Part shown: positions 1 to 13,591 of the stretch, one piece after another
Layout: each line of letters starts with the position of its first letter
How positions within the stretch are numbered: position 1 is the stretch's first letter
NCBI RefSeq assembly: GCF_006345805.1
Contig: NC_043008.1
Span: forward strand, 68,820,001-68,884,000
Length of the DNA: 64,000 bases
Direction: 5' to 3'
Source of the DNA: Octopus sinensis
Taxonomy: Eukaryota
Notes under the pieces: model-generated
Seen by the model: the letters and a program-made list of their open reading frames with translations, nothing else
Database searches by the model: none
Told to the model about the DNA's origin: nothing
Program-made: the position numbers and the translations under genes

Positions 1-269
1 TAATATAAAGAAGAACAGCAACAACTGCAATAACAACAAGAAGCAGAAGGAGAGGAAGATAAGGAAGTGGATAGGCGAAGACATGGGAGGTTTCTCTGTT
101 TAAAGTATTGCATATTAGTATTGACTGTGCATCATGGCAACTGTGAACACAGTTTCTAGATAACCTTTGTTTTAATATAGATTAAGAATAGAGAAGTCTG
201 TGATAATAGCAGCACGGCAGAGTTGAAAAGACAGAAAGAAACAACAGCAGCAACCACAACAACAGCAAT

Positions 270-339
270 TGTAATAGTAGCAGTAACGATAACAATGATG
301 ATGATGACGATGATGATGATAATAATAATAATAATCATG

Positions 340-382
<43 letters not shown>

Positions 383-402
383 TAATAATAATAATAATCA
401 TG

Positions 403-460
<58 letters not shown>

Positions 461-541
461 TACTATAATGTTAATAATAATAAAAATGATAATAATAATA
501 ATGACAATGAAAATAATAATAATGATGATGATGATGATAAT

Positions 542-576
<35 letters not shown>

Positions 577-582
577 GATTAT

Positions 583-628
<46 letters not shown>

Positions 629-745
629 TACTATAATGTTAATAATAATAAAAATGATAATAATAATAATGACAATGAAAATAATAATAATGATGATGAT
701 GATGATAATATTATTAATAATAATAATAATAATAATAATGATTAT

Positions 746-806
<61 letters not shown>

Positions 807-815
807 TTATTATTA
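270..815. repeat. Compound (AAT)n/(ATG)n microsatellite with an internal 168-bp higher-order duplication
   Basis: The interrupted motif tactataatgttaataataataaaaatgataat...gacaatgaaaat recurs at 461 and 629. Confidence 0.9.
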
Positions 816-1321
816 TTATAAATCTCATGCAAAGCTATATTGCTTTACAATAAGTGTTGTTGGAGCATCGAGTGTCTTTTACAAAATTTCCATTCTTTTC
901 AAGAGAGTCGATATAATTCCACGAAAGCACTGATTGACGTTTGGTCAATTTTGCTAGGTTGCTGAGCTGTGAGCTCAAGAACAATTATTCTATTTTTCCA
1001 GAATTGCAATACAAAAAATGGAAAGATGCTTGATTCTATTGTTGAATTCTATAGAGCTTTTATCTTTTCCAAGAATGAAATATCTCGCCTGGTCTTAGAG
1101 AGTATTAAGTCGCTTGTTGTTGTTTTAGATTTTCTCGTTGTTGCTGTTGTTGTCGTAATATTCATTGTTACATTAATCTTCTGCAATTATTTCATTTGCT
1201 CCCCACTTTGTAAAAAAAAAAAAAAAATAACAAAAAGCATGCAAATATTCACAAAGCTCTTTCACTCCCATTGACATGTTTTTAAACATTGTATATATAA
1301 CAACTATTGTCTAGTAGAAAG

Positions 1322-1760
1322 TTATGTGGAAGAGTTTCGCAGCTCTCTTGCGATCATATGAATTGAGAAACTTAACTGTTCACTGGCTAACTCGTCTTCC
1401 CAACGAGCTTTAAATACCATGCATAAGTTCAGCTCAAGACACTGAACAGACACACAAGTTATGTATGTATCGCAGGCCTTTCTAACCCACATGAGAGCTA
1501 CATTCGACGGTCTTATTCCAGTCTTTGATACAGCAGAGACAATTGTAAATAATAAATCATTGCTTGGATCTAAGTACCTGAGGAGTGGAACGTACAATTT
1601 CCTGTAAGTCAGACTGCTTCATAACCGCAGCAGAAAAAATGGAAAAGGCGTTGCCCCTGAGAATGGCGATGGAGATGTGTTGGAACAGCCAATCTGACTC
1701 ACAGGACTCGCACTTGGGGCAGCCATCTCCGCCTCGATAGCAATGAAAAGGGATATGTTC
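1322..1760 (-). pseudogene. Possible degenerate C-terminal fragment of an L1/Tx1-type ORF2
   Basis: A minus-strand CPKC motif near 1715 is followed by LFTIVSAVSK...MWVRK...MVFKARWEDE, which loosely resembles the post-zinc-finger tail of L1/Tx1 ORF2. Weak. Confidence 0.25.
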
Positions 1761-2179
1761 CAGGGTCCAAGAACGCCGAGGTCTCCACTACTGCTATGCT
1801 CGATCATAAACCTATCGGGGAGTGATATAGAAGAAATAACGTACGAGAAGTATGGAGGGGGTTGTATTAAATTCCCAAGTATCTTTCCTAAACATCTCGC
1901 ATCAGGAATTTATACAACCAGCAGTTTAGCGTTTAAAGACACATTTATGCAATTACCTTACAAAATTTCTGCGACACTTGCCTAATGTTACCCCTGATAC
2001 CTTTAAAAGTACTTAGTCACATTTCTCTCCGGAACAGCGACCAGGATACAATTAAAGAAGAATAGTGTCCATCATTTATGCTGATTTACTAATTAGAGAT
2101 GTTAAATATATATGAAATATCACATATTCAATACTAATGGCAGTGTCTCAGCATAGTTTTAGTTATGATAATTTTGATA

Positions 2180-2405
2180 TAAATAGGTCACATGGTGCTG
2201 TAGTACATATATAGGTCACATGGTTCCGGAGCACATAAATAGGTCACGTGGTAATGTGTTAGCTAAATAGGTAACGTAGTCTTGTTTACGTAAACAGGTC
2301 ACGTGGTGCTGTAGTATGTAAATAGGTCACGTTATATCCGAAGTACTTAAGTCACATGGTGCTGGAGTGCGTAAATAGATCATGTGGGGCTGGGTATGTA
2401 AATAA
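2180..2405 (+). repeat. Minisatellite, about 8 units of ~28 bp, consensus TAAATAGGTCACRTGGTGCTGKAGTAYG
   Basis: Units start at 2180, 2208, 2236, 2264, 2291, 2319, 2348 and 2372. Confidence 0.92.
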
Positions 2406-2869
2406 CCTACTACGATACCATTCGAATGACACTGTCTCATACTTCAATAGAATTTAATAGACCCACGATTCTCGTGACTCCGTGAATTACTCCACTAGCT
2501 CCAAATACTACCCGAGTCGTACCGAATATTGCTCTGTTACTATTAAATGCTGCGGTAGGTTTCCACTAAAGAATCACACTTTACTGAATTGTTTATTTAT
2601 TCATACAGTAGTCAAACAGAAAAATTCTGAGAGGAATCGAATAAGAAGTTGTGACGTATATGCATTAGTAACGGAAAGGAAGAGAAATGCTAAATGGCTA
2701 CAATCTATAATCTGCACTGTTCAGTTGGTTAGCTATGGGCTTATCTTATATGAACCACAATACATTTATTTTTGATTTCCTTTCTTTGAAGAATCCGTAA
2801 AAGGGAGATAATATTTAGAGGAGACTGAGAATGATATCGCAAATTTTTTTACTGGTATTCCGTGTGAGG

Positions 2870-2980
2870 ATATATACATCAGAATATGTATTTTGCGTAT
2901 GAATTATATTTTGTGTAAGGATATATCAGAAACGCTCTATACAAAAAGGGGCATAAATATATTTTGTATGAGAAGATTAC

Positions 2981-3024
<44 letters not shown>

Positions 3025-3175
3025 ATATATATTATATATTTGTAAAAAAGAAGTTTGAAAGAGTACGATCTACTCTTATTATATATAATATATATATATA
3101 TATATATACACAAATATATATGTATATATATATGCATATATATATATATATATGCATGTATATATATATATATAA

Positions 3176-3249
<74 letters not shown>

Positions 3250-3599
3250 TATTTATGTACATATATGTATGTATGGTATGTATATATATGTATGTTTATA
3301 TATATATACATGCATATTGTATTATAATGTAGAAATATATTTTGTTGAAGAACGTAGAAATATATTTTATTTAAAGATATATAAATATATCTGGTGTAAG
3401 AATACATTAATTCTGTAAGAATATATTTGAATATATTTTGTGTTAAGCTATATCAATATTTTTTGTGTAAAACTGTATATTGATATATTTTGCGTAAGAA
3501 TATATGAATATATTTTATGTAGGAACATAGAAATAAATTTTAGTTAAGGATATATGAATATATTTTGTGTAATAATAATATATGTATATATATATATAT

Positions 3600-3633
<34 letters not shown>

Positions 3634-3756
3634 ATATATTATATATATATATACACACATATTTTTTGTGTAAGGATATATAAAAAATATATTATGTGTA
3701 AGGATATAAATAATTTTGCGTAAGAATATATATATATATTATATATATATATATAT

Positions 3757-3787
<31 letters not shown>

Positions 3788-4190
3788 ATATACATATATA
3801 TACATATATATCATATCATATCTATCTAGCTATCTAGCTATGTGGGTGTCTGTCTGTTTATGTATTATATATCTATATCTCTCAGTCTATATATATGTAT
3901 ATGCATATATGTATATGTCTGTCTGTCTGTCTGTCTGTATATATATATATGTATATATATGTAAGGTAAGAATACATAATAGATATATTTTATATAAGAA
4001 TACATATAGATTAATTTTTTGTAAGAATGTTTAAATATATTTTGCGTAAGAATATAGTATTTTGTGTAAGAGAATATAAATATAAATTTTGTAAGAATAT
4101 ATATAAATATATTTTGTGAAAGAATGTCGAAATATGTTTTGAATAAAGATATATAAATATATTTTGTGTAAGAAAATATATATTTTGTTT
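2870..4190. repeat. Degenerate AT-rich satellite (TTTTGTGTAAGRATATAT...AATATAT units) interleaved with long (TA)n tracts
   Basis: The motif ttttg(t/c)gtaag(a/g)atata recurs many times at irregular 25-45 bp spacing. Confidence 0.75.
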
Positions 4191-4979
4191 TGCTCTAATA
4201 GAAATGTTCAGAGAGCAAACATAAATATAAATTAACGAGAGTATATTGTTCAAATTGCTGTTGTTTAACCCGCAGTTCTTGTCCTGACAGGACAGACCTC
4301 TGATATAGGTATTTCCCGGTATATACACGCAGTTCTTCTGTCACAATCATTGCATATCTGTGACTATATCAAAGTGCTCCTAAAACTTGTTGTAAGTTAG
4401 TCGGATGTAATTTCAAGAACTCTTGGCAGTAGGTCGCCCGACTGTGTAGCGATCATTTATTAATGATTCTTCAAAATAGTGTAACTGTAGTGGGTGGAAC
4501 TAATACCCCAGGAAATAACTGGTATTATACATTTCCTGAAGGACAGGGAAAACAAAATCAGAGAGTAGGCATGAATTTATCTTCTCTAGCAATTAATTAA
4601 TTATCAGTAAAATTCTGTATTGGTATGTTATGTTGTTATGACGCTAATATAAAAGAAAAGAAAACACTCCACGGTGTGCGAGTGAGAAAAAGCGATAGAT
4701 AGATAGGTAGCAGATAGATAAATAGACAGAGCGATAATGGAGAGAAAAAAAAAAGAACGTGGTATATGTGAGATTTGATCGCAAAACGTAAGAGAGATGA
4801 ACATTATATAAAGAATGATTTTAGGTGTGCTACAACTCCCCCTACTAACTCATCCTCTTCGAATACACAACTCATCTATTTATTGGCAGCGAATAAACAT
4901 CAGAGACAACCTTATCATTCAACTTAACGCACCACTAAACAGTAATTAACTCGCGAATATCTTTCACAGAAACAGGAAA

Positions 4980-5430
4980 GGTGCTAAGGAGACCTGGGAA
5001 TGGAGTGGGCACTGCTGATTTATTATCGAAGACTTTCAAATTTGGTACGACAAGGTAATTAACAATGTTCAGTCTGTTAGAATGCAATTGGAACTGGCGA
5101 TAGGGATTCTCAGATTCTTAAAATAAATAGTAAGCTCCACGCTATACAGAAGTCCTTTCCGGTCCCCCAACACAACTCAGACAACGCCTTATTCCTTATC
5201 CTTCTGGAAATATCATCCATCAATCACCCTTTAATCCAAATATTTTATTCGTTGTTAACGCGATTCTGTATACTCACTCTTTCAATTAATCGCCAAACTG
5301 CTTCCAAACATTCGAGAAACTTCACACGTATATTAAGCCAATAAAGATTTTTAACGAGGATCGAATTAGTAGATTAACATTCAGTTATTGCAAAACAGGA
5401 AATCGATAAATAGGTAAATAAAAGCAAATC
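4980..5430 (+). pseudogene. Possible highly degenerate Penelope-like (Neptune-type) RT C-terminal/linker relic
   Basis: Frameshifted translation LFQLIAK / F.K.H.Y...KIFN...L.FSYC..GN...K..QIL resembles the Neptune linker FL.LI.KHFP..H...KIFN.NT.K.SYSC..N. By-eye only. Confidence 0.3.
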
Positions 5431-6540
5431 CTACAACTTATTGGATCGATAATGTTATGGGATATCAATTGAAAACGTCTATGAATCATCTCTGATAGTC
5501 ACTGGTTCTGCACTTTGTATGCAACTAAGGCATGTATAAAAAGTCTCAGGCTCCCATGGTTACACTAAATCTCGAAGAAATAAACCAAGGTATGTGTTTC
5601 TATTCCTAGCACTCTTAGTTCAAAATCAGCCGAAGTCAACATTGCCGTTCGCTTTTCCTGGGTCAATGATAAAATGAATACCAATCCAGGGCCGTAGATT
5701 GATGGAACTGTAAGAAAGCGGGACTGGATGGCTTGCAATATTTGTTCCTTCTCTAACCGTTCTGAGTTCAAATCCAGCCATAGGTTATATGAGTAGTACA
5801 TTTAATCCAACGTATGGATTACCATTACCACTTGGTAACTTGTCCATTATCTTGCCAGAATTTGAGCCAGGTCTCCAGTTAGAGGATGTCGTCTTCGCTC
5901 TTTTAGTCCACCCCACTAGTCTCGGAGGCTCTGTAATTAGTCGTGGGTACTACTTTTTCTCCTTACTAAATGATATAAAAAACAACAACAAAACAAAAAC
6001 TAAAACTTCGTTAGCTTACAATGCTGGACTTTCACAGGATTCTTAAATATATGTTCATGATGTAAATCCAAAATCGATTTTGCCTATTTTCTTTGGATCA
6101 AATACATTCGGAGTTGAAATTCGAACCAAAAGTCCCTCAACTCACATCGTGCCATCTTTAAAAAAAGAAGTAGGCGCTTAACTGTTACTTGTTGCCCCTG
6201 GGCATATTACCCATGGGCTTTCTTAATAATGAAGGACAATTAGACAATATAATCTCTATCAACACCATAAATGAAACTAAGGCTAGATGGTCTAGGGTGA
6301 AACGCCTTCGACCTTAGATCAACTCAATAAGGATTGACCTTCAGTTAAACAATATCTCAACCATACACCATAACGACAACCGCCACTATACACAACAACT
6401 AGTAACTCCATACACATCGAGAAACAAAGGAGCAAGGTATTCGACCTGTTAGACATAGCAGTTAAATTTCTCTCAACTCACATTGTCTTGTCTTCAAAAT
6501 AAAAATGATACAGTGGAAATATATTAGAGATATTTTCTTT

Positions 6541-6915
6541 CTTATACTTGTTTCAGTCATTAGACTGCGGCCATACTGGAGCACCGCTTTGAATGAATCT
6601 ACCCCAGTACTTTTCATTTATTTTTAAAGCCTGGTACTAATTCTATCGGTATTCCTTGCCGAACCGTTAAGTTATGCGGACATAAACTCACCAACACCGG
6701 TTGTCAAGCGGTAGCGGGGGAAAAAGACAGACAAGTAGACCCCCCCACACATATATACGATGAGCTTCTTTCAGTTTCCGTCTACCACATCCACTCACAA
6801 AGCTTTTGGTCGACCCAATACTAGCAGAAGACGCCCAAGGTACCACCGCAGTGGAGCTAACCAGGAACTATGTGGTTGGAAAGCAAGCTCCTTACCACAC
6901 AGTCAACCCTGTGCC
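6541..6915 (-). mobile_element. tRNA-headed SINE, family B, near full length and diverged
   Basis: Reverse complement matches the family B copies at 28984 and 57110 (head, ggaaactgaaagaagc middle, atgactgaaacaagta tail). Confidence 0.85.
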
Positions 6916-7774
6916 TATAGCTAAAAATAAGAAAAAAAAGAAAAGAGACAAAGACGGGATAGTCATGGCTGGATTGATCATGTGACTGCTTGGTGAGAAC
7001 TGACCTGAGGCTACACAACATCACAAGCAACATTAACAAGAGAAGTGGTTACACTAATGAATAAAGTAGGTTTTCATAATTAATCAATTATACAAAATTA
7101 ACAGCTATTTTAAATGGTTCATCTTCTTGCTTCCTATCTTTTAACTTTCCGCTTCTAATAATTCACTGATTAAAACATCATTTGTTAATTTCCACAAGAC
7201 GACTTACCATTATTGATTATTGATTCTGTGTGTATGTGCGTGTGTGTGTGTATGTGCGTGTGTGTGTATGTGTGTGTATATATATATAATATTATATATG
7301 CATATATATCTTATATATACGTATACATATATATATATTTATATATACATATGATATTTACGTTTGTATGTATATGCCCATGTATAGATGTATATGTGGT
7401 AGTTAGACACAGATCGACTATACTCAGAACATTCAATTCATCTAAACGATGCATTTATTCAAAGAGATTGTACAATGACTAATTAAGTTAGTCGCTACTT
7501 TGACCATTGTCTGTGCGAAAGAAATAAACGAAAAGAATAAAGTTAAAATAAACCACATTAAGAAAATCTGCAATATTTAGCCAAGTGTGACCTCGTGGGA
7601 CATTATGATGTTTTAAACAACAACCCGCCTCCTCTGCGGCAGTTTGTTAAAAGACAGAATCTCACCGTTGCACTCTGTATAAAGCGCATTGTACTACTCG
7701 AGATGTCAGGGGTAAAATGTGGTAGATATATAAAGAGTTATGTAAATCCCAATATAGCCATCATGACATAGGAC

Positions 7775-8040
7775 CTGATACTGCAGCAGCTTGGGTTTCA
7801 AGGGCCCATAGCTCTTCAATATCCTCCCACAAAACCTGAGAGACTCACATGGAGTGGATGTAGGTGTCTTCAAAACAAAACAAGATCTGTCTAGAGTTCA
7901 GGAGGAACCTACCAAGCAACAAGGAACACAGATGATGGCATCAACATCACCCCACCATTCACCAAATGCATCATATCAGAAGAGGTTTAGAGAAATTATA
8001 GCAAAGCTAACGGCAGTGCCTCAGCATGGTCACAGCTCTT
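7775..8040 (+). mobile_element. CR1-like LINE 3' end relic
   Basis: Translates CSSLGFKGP*LFNILPQNLRDSHGVDVGVFKTKQDL-SRVQEEPT, similar to the GP.LFN.LP..LR...VFK.KLD..L..VPDEP tail of CR1-group ORF2. Confidence 0.55.
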
Positions 8041-8447
8041 GAGCTGAAGCTAGTAAAAAAAAGGGCCCGGATCCGAGAAGTGTAAAATAATGGCTAAAAT
8101 TTTGCTCTGTTTATAATTATACTTTATGTTACATATTTATTATATATTACCTTGATATCTTGTGGACTAAGATCCCCGTTGACAGGCACCTGGTATTTGT
8201 AGAGTGTTAAACACTTTCGGTGTGCAAATTAATGACTCCTTCATAGAGTAACTGCTGCATTTGTTGAGTATATAAATAGTATGGCTGCTTGTTTCTCAGG
8301 AGACTTTCAGAATGATGTAGACTCCTATGATAGGAACACAATAAGGTTCGAAAATCGATTAAGGTGGTTCATCAATTTTATCAGTCTGCAGAGAAATGGC
8401 TAAGAATTTGCCCTGCTTATCATTATACCATATATTACACATATATA

Positions 8448-8890
8448 CAGGGTGTCCCCCACAAAACGCATACGCACATAGAATGATTATTAAGTCAGTG
8501 TTTATTCAAATATATTTTAGATTCAAAATTGAATAGAATCTAAAGACACAATTTTTTTCATGAACGTCTGTTTGCAAGCTGATGAACATTTCGGCCCAGG
8601 TAGTGCCGATAACACGGAGCAATGTAATCGTAAACATCAAGAAACATTTCGTTCGATATTTGTGCGCATTTCGTTGAATGGCTGCCGTTAATTCATCGAT
8701 TGCTGTCGGTTTTGTACTGTAAGGTTTATCTTTTAAGTATACGCATAAAAATAAGTCTAGTGGTGTGTGGTCCAGGAAACACAGAAGGTATTAAACTGAA
8801 CCTCTACGCCCACCCCCGCCTTTTGGCAAAATCTCATTAAGGTTTTATGATAGCGTGGGAATGCACTATCTTGCTGGAAATAAAACTATC
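8448..8890 (-). mobile_element. Tc1/mariner transposon 3' part (transposase C-terminus plus one terminal inverted repeat), inactive
   Basis: TA at 8446-8447 then CAGGGTGTCCC. The minus strand gives YFQQDSA and PDHTPLDLFLCVYLKDKPYSTKPTAIDELTAAIQ...ANRR, covering the second and third catalytic-Asp regions with frameshifts. No second TIR seen. Confidence 0.85.
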
Positions 8891-9059
8891 TATATATCTA
8901 TCTACCTGGTATACATGCATGCTTTTACATTGTTATATGTACGTATGAGACCATCGGCTAGAATGATTTGCGGATTTAGCGCAGAGTTCAAATTTCAACG
9001 AGGCCATCTTCATCTTTCACCATTTTGTGGTTGATGAAATAAAGTACCAATCCAGGGCA

Positions 9060-9300
9060 GTGGATTGTCAGATTTATTCAAGGTTTGGCCATGATTTTCT
9101 GCGGAATCTTTCCAGACCTTTGCGTTCAAGCAGCAACATCTAAGACGACATCGGTGCTGAGTTGTATCTGCGCAGTATTTCCCTAAGACAACGTTGATGC
9201 CATTTTTACCTTTTATTAAGACTTTTGGGTCATATTTTTCCATATGTTATCCTTTGAAATATGAATGTTCCTCAATCCATAGTCAACGTTTCTAGATTTC
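9060..9300 (-). pseudogene. Possible RTE-clade LINE relic (post-RT region)
   Basis: KWHQRCLREILR followed by DVVLDVA and GKIPQKIM in another frame, similar to the RTE FHQRCLR.IL...N..VL..A...R.PK.L pattern. Confidence 0.3.
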
Positions 9301-11484
9301 GTGGTTACATTATCTGGATTTGAAATGCGATTGGCATATTTATGGTAGTCGAATGGGAGTTCTGTTAACTTAGTCGAATTTGTTCAGACGCTATTACTAA
9401 TTAATATATATTAATAAAATCACCCTAAATACCAGCAAATTTATCGAAGAAGTTGTTAGTGACGTATTTATTCTACAAAAGATTCTTTTCACAAGTCACC
9501 GCAAAGGTCCATGTACAAAAATATAGTGTACTTAAGAATTAAATTATGCTTAGAAACAGGAAGTTTAATGTACTCAGTTCTGAGATCTATGTGTGTGTGT
9601 GTGTGATGCAGTAAGGTGGGCTGAGGGAAGAGAAACCGGTTGTTACTGTTTAGCCGTAGCCCAAAATCGAAGAGATCTCGATTTTAGCATTTCTGTCGGG
9701 AACATCCTGGCGTTTTCCTCGGCATGGTGTGTTTAGCACTACCTTATCCACAGTGGCATCCCTCTTTTAAGACAATAAAATGTGAATTGGGCGAAATTTT
9801 GCTTGTTATTTCCAACAGACAACGTGAATGTATTGACAGAATCCTCGGGACGTCGGATAGAATGCCTTACAAATTTGTTCTGACTCTTTACGTTCTGAGA
9901 TCTAATTCCGTAGAGATTAACTTTACCTTTAATGAAAGTATCACTCAAATACTGGGGTTGACATAATCGCTTAATGTTTCTGAATTAGAAACAGTTATAT
10001 TTTTGATTGAGTGACTTCTAGGTGCTCCCTCTCCTGCTACTAAGCTTGTTTTATATAAATCAAACAAAAATGGGCCAAGATAAATAACTCAGAGTGGTCA
10101 GCGGCAAGTATATGAACAACACAGACTATTACAATCATATCAAATATCATACAACATGAATTCTTGATTTATTAAAATCATGTAAGTGTCTAGCACGAAG
10201 TCTGCCCAGATCGAGTAGTTCTGTAATCACGAGGAGCTGATAAGAGTTGGCAGTATTTTTGGAAGCAGAAACCATTAAAGAATTGGTAGATGGTTTTATT
10301 TATTGTTTATTTACTCCTGTGTGTATATGTATTTGTTCTTTCACCCTCTCGCTCTTTCGCTCTCTCTCTCCCTCTCTCCCCCTTTCTCTCTCTAACTACG
10401 TGATTATTGAACGTCTTAACTCACCACTGTTTCTTCCCAAATGCATGACAAAATAAAGTTTGCTCTGACATATCTCTGTTCTGCAGACTTGGCTTACTTC
10501 TCTTAAACATTTACTTTTCCTTTCATTAAAAGTCTGTTCCATAAAAATGAACACGTTATATAAATGAAGAAAGGGAGAGAGAGAGAGAGAGGGGGGAGAG
10601 AAATAGAGAGAGAGAGAGAGAGAAAAGAAAAATTCATGCACATAACAAGTATAATAAGAACATTAGCAGCAATAACATCATCATCACCATCATCAGTAAG
10701 AAGAACAACAAAAACAAATGTAGAAATAGCATGAGAAACAACAAAGAACAAACACAGAAAAAACGTGCGAGAAATGAAGACACGAGAAAAATAATTTTTA
10801 AGGAAGAAGAAAAAGACTAGAAAAAAAAAAAAAAAAAAATCTGAAAATGCACTCACTTTTCAGCTGTTCAGATATATTTGCCAAAGATCAATTCATAATT
10901 AATGTTTTCACACACTTGACATTATTGATTTGGGGGAAGAGTAGGAGGAGAAATAAATGAATGAAAAAATGATTCTTTTCTCTCAAGAAGAAAAAAAAAA
11001 ACACCTCACAAAAACAAATAATCAATTCCTCTATTAAAAGAGAATGAGAGAGAGAGAGAGATACATATATATAAAGAGATAGATAGATAGGTAAAGTGAG
11101 TGAGAGGGGAGGGAGAGAGAAAGAGAAGGGAAAATATTCCTGAAAGTGTTTGAAAGTGAAAGCATAAAATCATTTGTAGGAGAAAACTATCACCACGTGA
11201 GAACGAAACGAACGAATAATGCCTAACTTTTACAAAAAGAAAGAAATATTTCTTGAATCTAAATAATTCGCAGTGAGGAATATTGGCGCTTACACCATGT
11301 AACGAGCCTTAGGAGGGCATAAGTTGGAATAATGGACAAGGTAGCCCATTCTAATGAGCTGAAAATACACACACACACACACACTTTCACATACATTCAC
11401 ACACAAACAGTTATACATAAACACACATATAATGTATGTGCACATATATATATATATATGCATATTAAAAATATATATATACCT

Positions 11485-11504
11485 ACATACATATCTATCC
11501 ATCC

Positions 11505-11598
<94 letters not shown>

Positions 11599-11600
11599 AT
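11485..11600. repeat. (ATCT)n tetranucleotide microsatellite
   Basis: Long near-perfect run. A second large (ATCT)n block lies at about 13130-13385. Confidence 0.95.
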
Positions 11601-11607
11601 ATATATA

Positions 11608-11975
11608 GGCGCAGGCGTAGTCGTGTGGTAAGGAGCTTGTTTCTCAACCACATGGTTCCGGGTTTAGTCCCATTGCGTGGCAACTTGGTCAATTGTCTTT
11701 TAGTATAGCCTTGGACCGACCAAAACCTTGTGAGGGGATTTCGTAGACGGAAACTCAAAGAAGTGTGTATAGGTGTCCGTGTTTGTTCCCCACTACCGCT
11801 TGGCAACCGGTATTGGTGTGTTTACGTCCCCGTAAATTGGCGGTCCAGCAAAAGAAACCGATACAATAAGTACGAGGCTTAGCAAAAATAAATACTGTGA
11901 TCAACTCATTCGACTAAAAAATTCTTCATGGCAGTGCTCCAGCACGGCCATAGTCTAATGACTGAAACTAGTATA
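11608..11975 (+). mobile_element. SINE family B, full length and diverged
   Basis: ggcgcagg head with A-box-like gtgtggt and B-box-like ggtttagtccc, CORE-like cttggtcaattgtctt, and an atgactgaaac tail. Confidence 0.85.
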
Positions 11976-13128
11976 AGTTATATATATATATATATGCAAC
12001 TGTGATGTTGTTGATAAAACATGTTCTTTGTCTATCTACTTATCCTCTTTCAGATTTTGGATAAAAAGAAAATCATACAAATGAATCCTTCGAATTTAAC
12101 TAAATTCTATATTCTTATGTAGCTGAAGATTGCTCTACATTTTAAATTGATGTAATGTTTGCATTGTTCAATTAAATGGAGTCGCATGAAACGATCGTAC
12201 TGCATTACCTCTGGACATCCTTGTTGCTTATTTTGATATATATATTGTATGTGTGTGTATGCGCGTGTGTATGTATTTGCAATCAATCTGCTGTTAGAGT
12301 TCGAAGTTTCATCAGCAACGGCTGCTCATATAACCTAACAGGTCGTTGCTGGTGAAACTTCGAAGTTACATTCGCTCTATATTTCTGGTTAATAAAAGAA
12401 AAATTAACCTTTTACCGAGTACCGAGCAGAAAGTCGACCTGGAAAGACTTAGATTAATTACAGTGTCAATGCAGATTGATTACGGTGTCTGCCCAAGTAG
12501 GGATCTTAATGTAATTATATTACCCTATCCATTGTTCGTAAACATACTCACATTTCTTAATCCGCTCGTAGCATTGGACGCAAGAATGATGAAGGATTGA
12601 TTCAAGTTTGGTATATAAGATTCTTAAGATTGATCGCAGAATTAATGCAAGAACATTACAATGCTAGAAAGAATCATTGCATGTGCTAACAATGCCAGTT
12701 ACTATCGCCTGTGTTCATAGTCCATATTTTATTTATAGCTTCTAATTATTCAGGGTGTAGGGTACACTCTATATCATCTAGCTGGTGTATATACAAAATA
12801 CAATGCTCTCATGGGATGTTCTACATGTTCACCTCTTTACCGTGTACCCAGTGGCATGCTGCCCTGGCTCAGCCAGCCTGGCGTTGTGCATTGTGTAGGA
12901 GATATACTCGCCATTAATGTTGATATTCATAAATGATCAGCCAATTCCAGTTGTTAGATAGGCCATTTCAAGACAGCATGCACTCGTAGTCATCGTAGGC
13001 TAGAGTACAAAGGTTATATTTTGTAAAATATAGAGTCTTTTTCAGCTGGATTCAAAACAATAGATTCTGTAATGAATTTGATGTCGTGTTATACTATTAA
13101 CCTAGCGAAATATCTATTACTTGGAGCG

Positions 13129-13385
<257 letters not shown>

Positions 13386-13556
13386 TATAGGGTTAAAAAC
13401 GGTAGTAGCGTCGGTTTCTAAGGAATAGCCATACTGAAGTGGCGATAAGTACTACTTATAAGTGTAGTTACTACTTTGATCTCATATAGAGATTTTCTAA
13501 CTGGCTACTTTGCTTGTTGCAAGATCAGTGACATGTTTTTCTTCGCGAGCACTCAT

Positions 13557-13591
<35 letters not shown>

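Noticed and set aside
1510-1606. Plus-strand candidate exon ending at gtaagt (1601)
   Set aside because: The peptide is unrecognised and the region reads at least as well as a minus-strand LINE relic.
2180-2405. CRISPR-like appearance of the ~28-bp periodic array
   Set aside because: Units are contiguous and homologous along their whole length, with no unique spacers, no cas genes and a eukaryotic context.
2980-3250. Irregular TT/AA interruptions in long (TA)n tracts as a pattern
   Set aside because: They are equally explained by sequencing or consensus error in hairpin-prone TA repeats, so they cannot be interpreted without reads.
12285-12322. Minus-strand CTGATGA followed by GAAC
   Set aside because: No GAAA or stem III. 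Likewise CTGATGA at about 23030(-), 8580(+) and 41505(-) and CTGAGGG at 9622(+) have no compatible fold.
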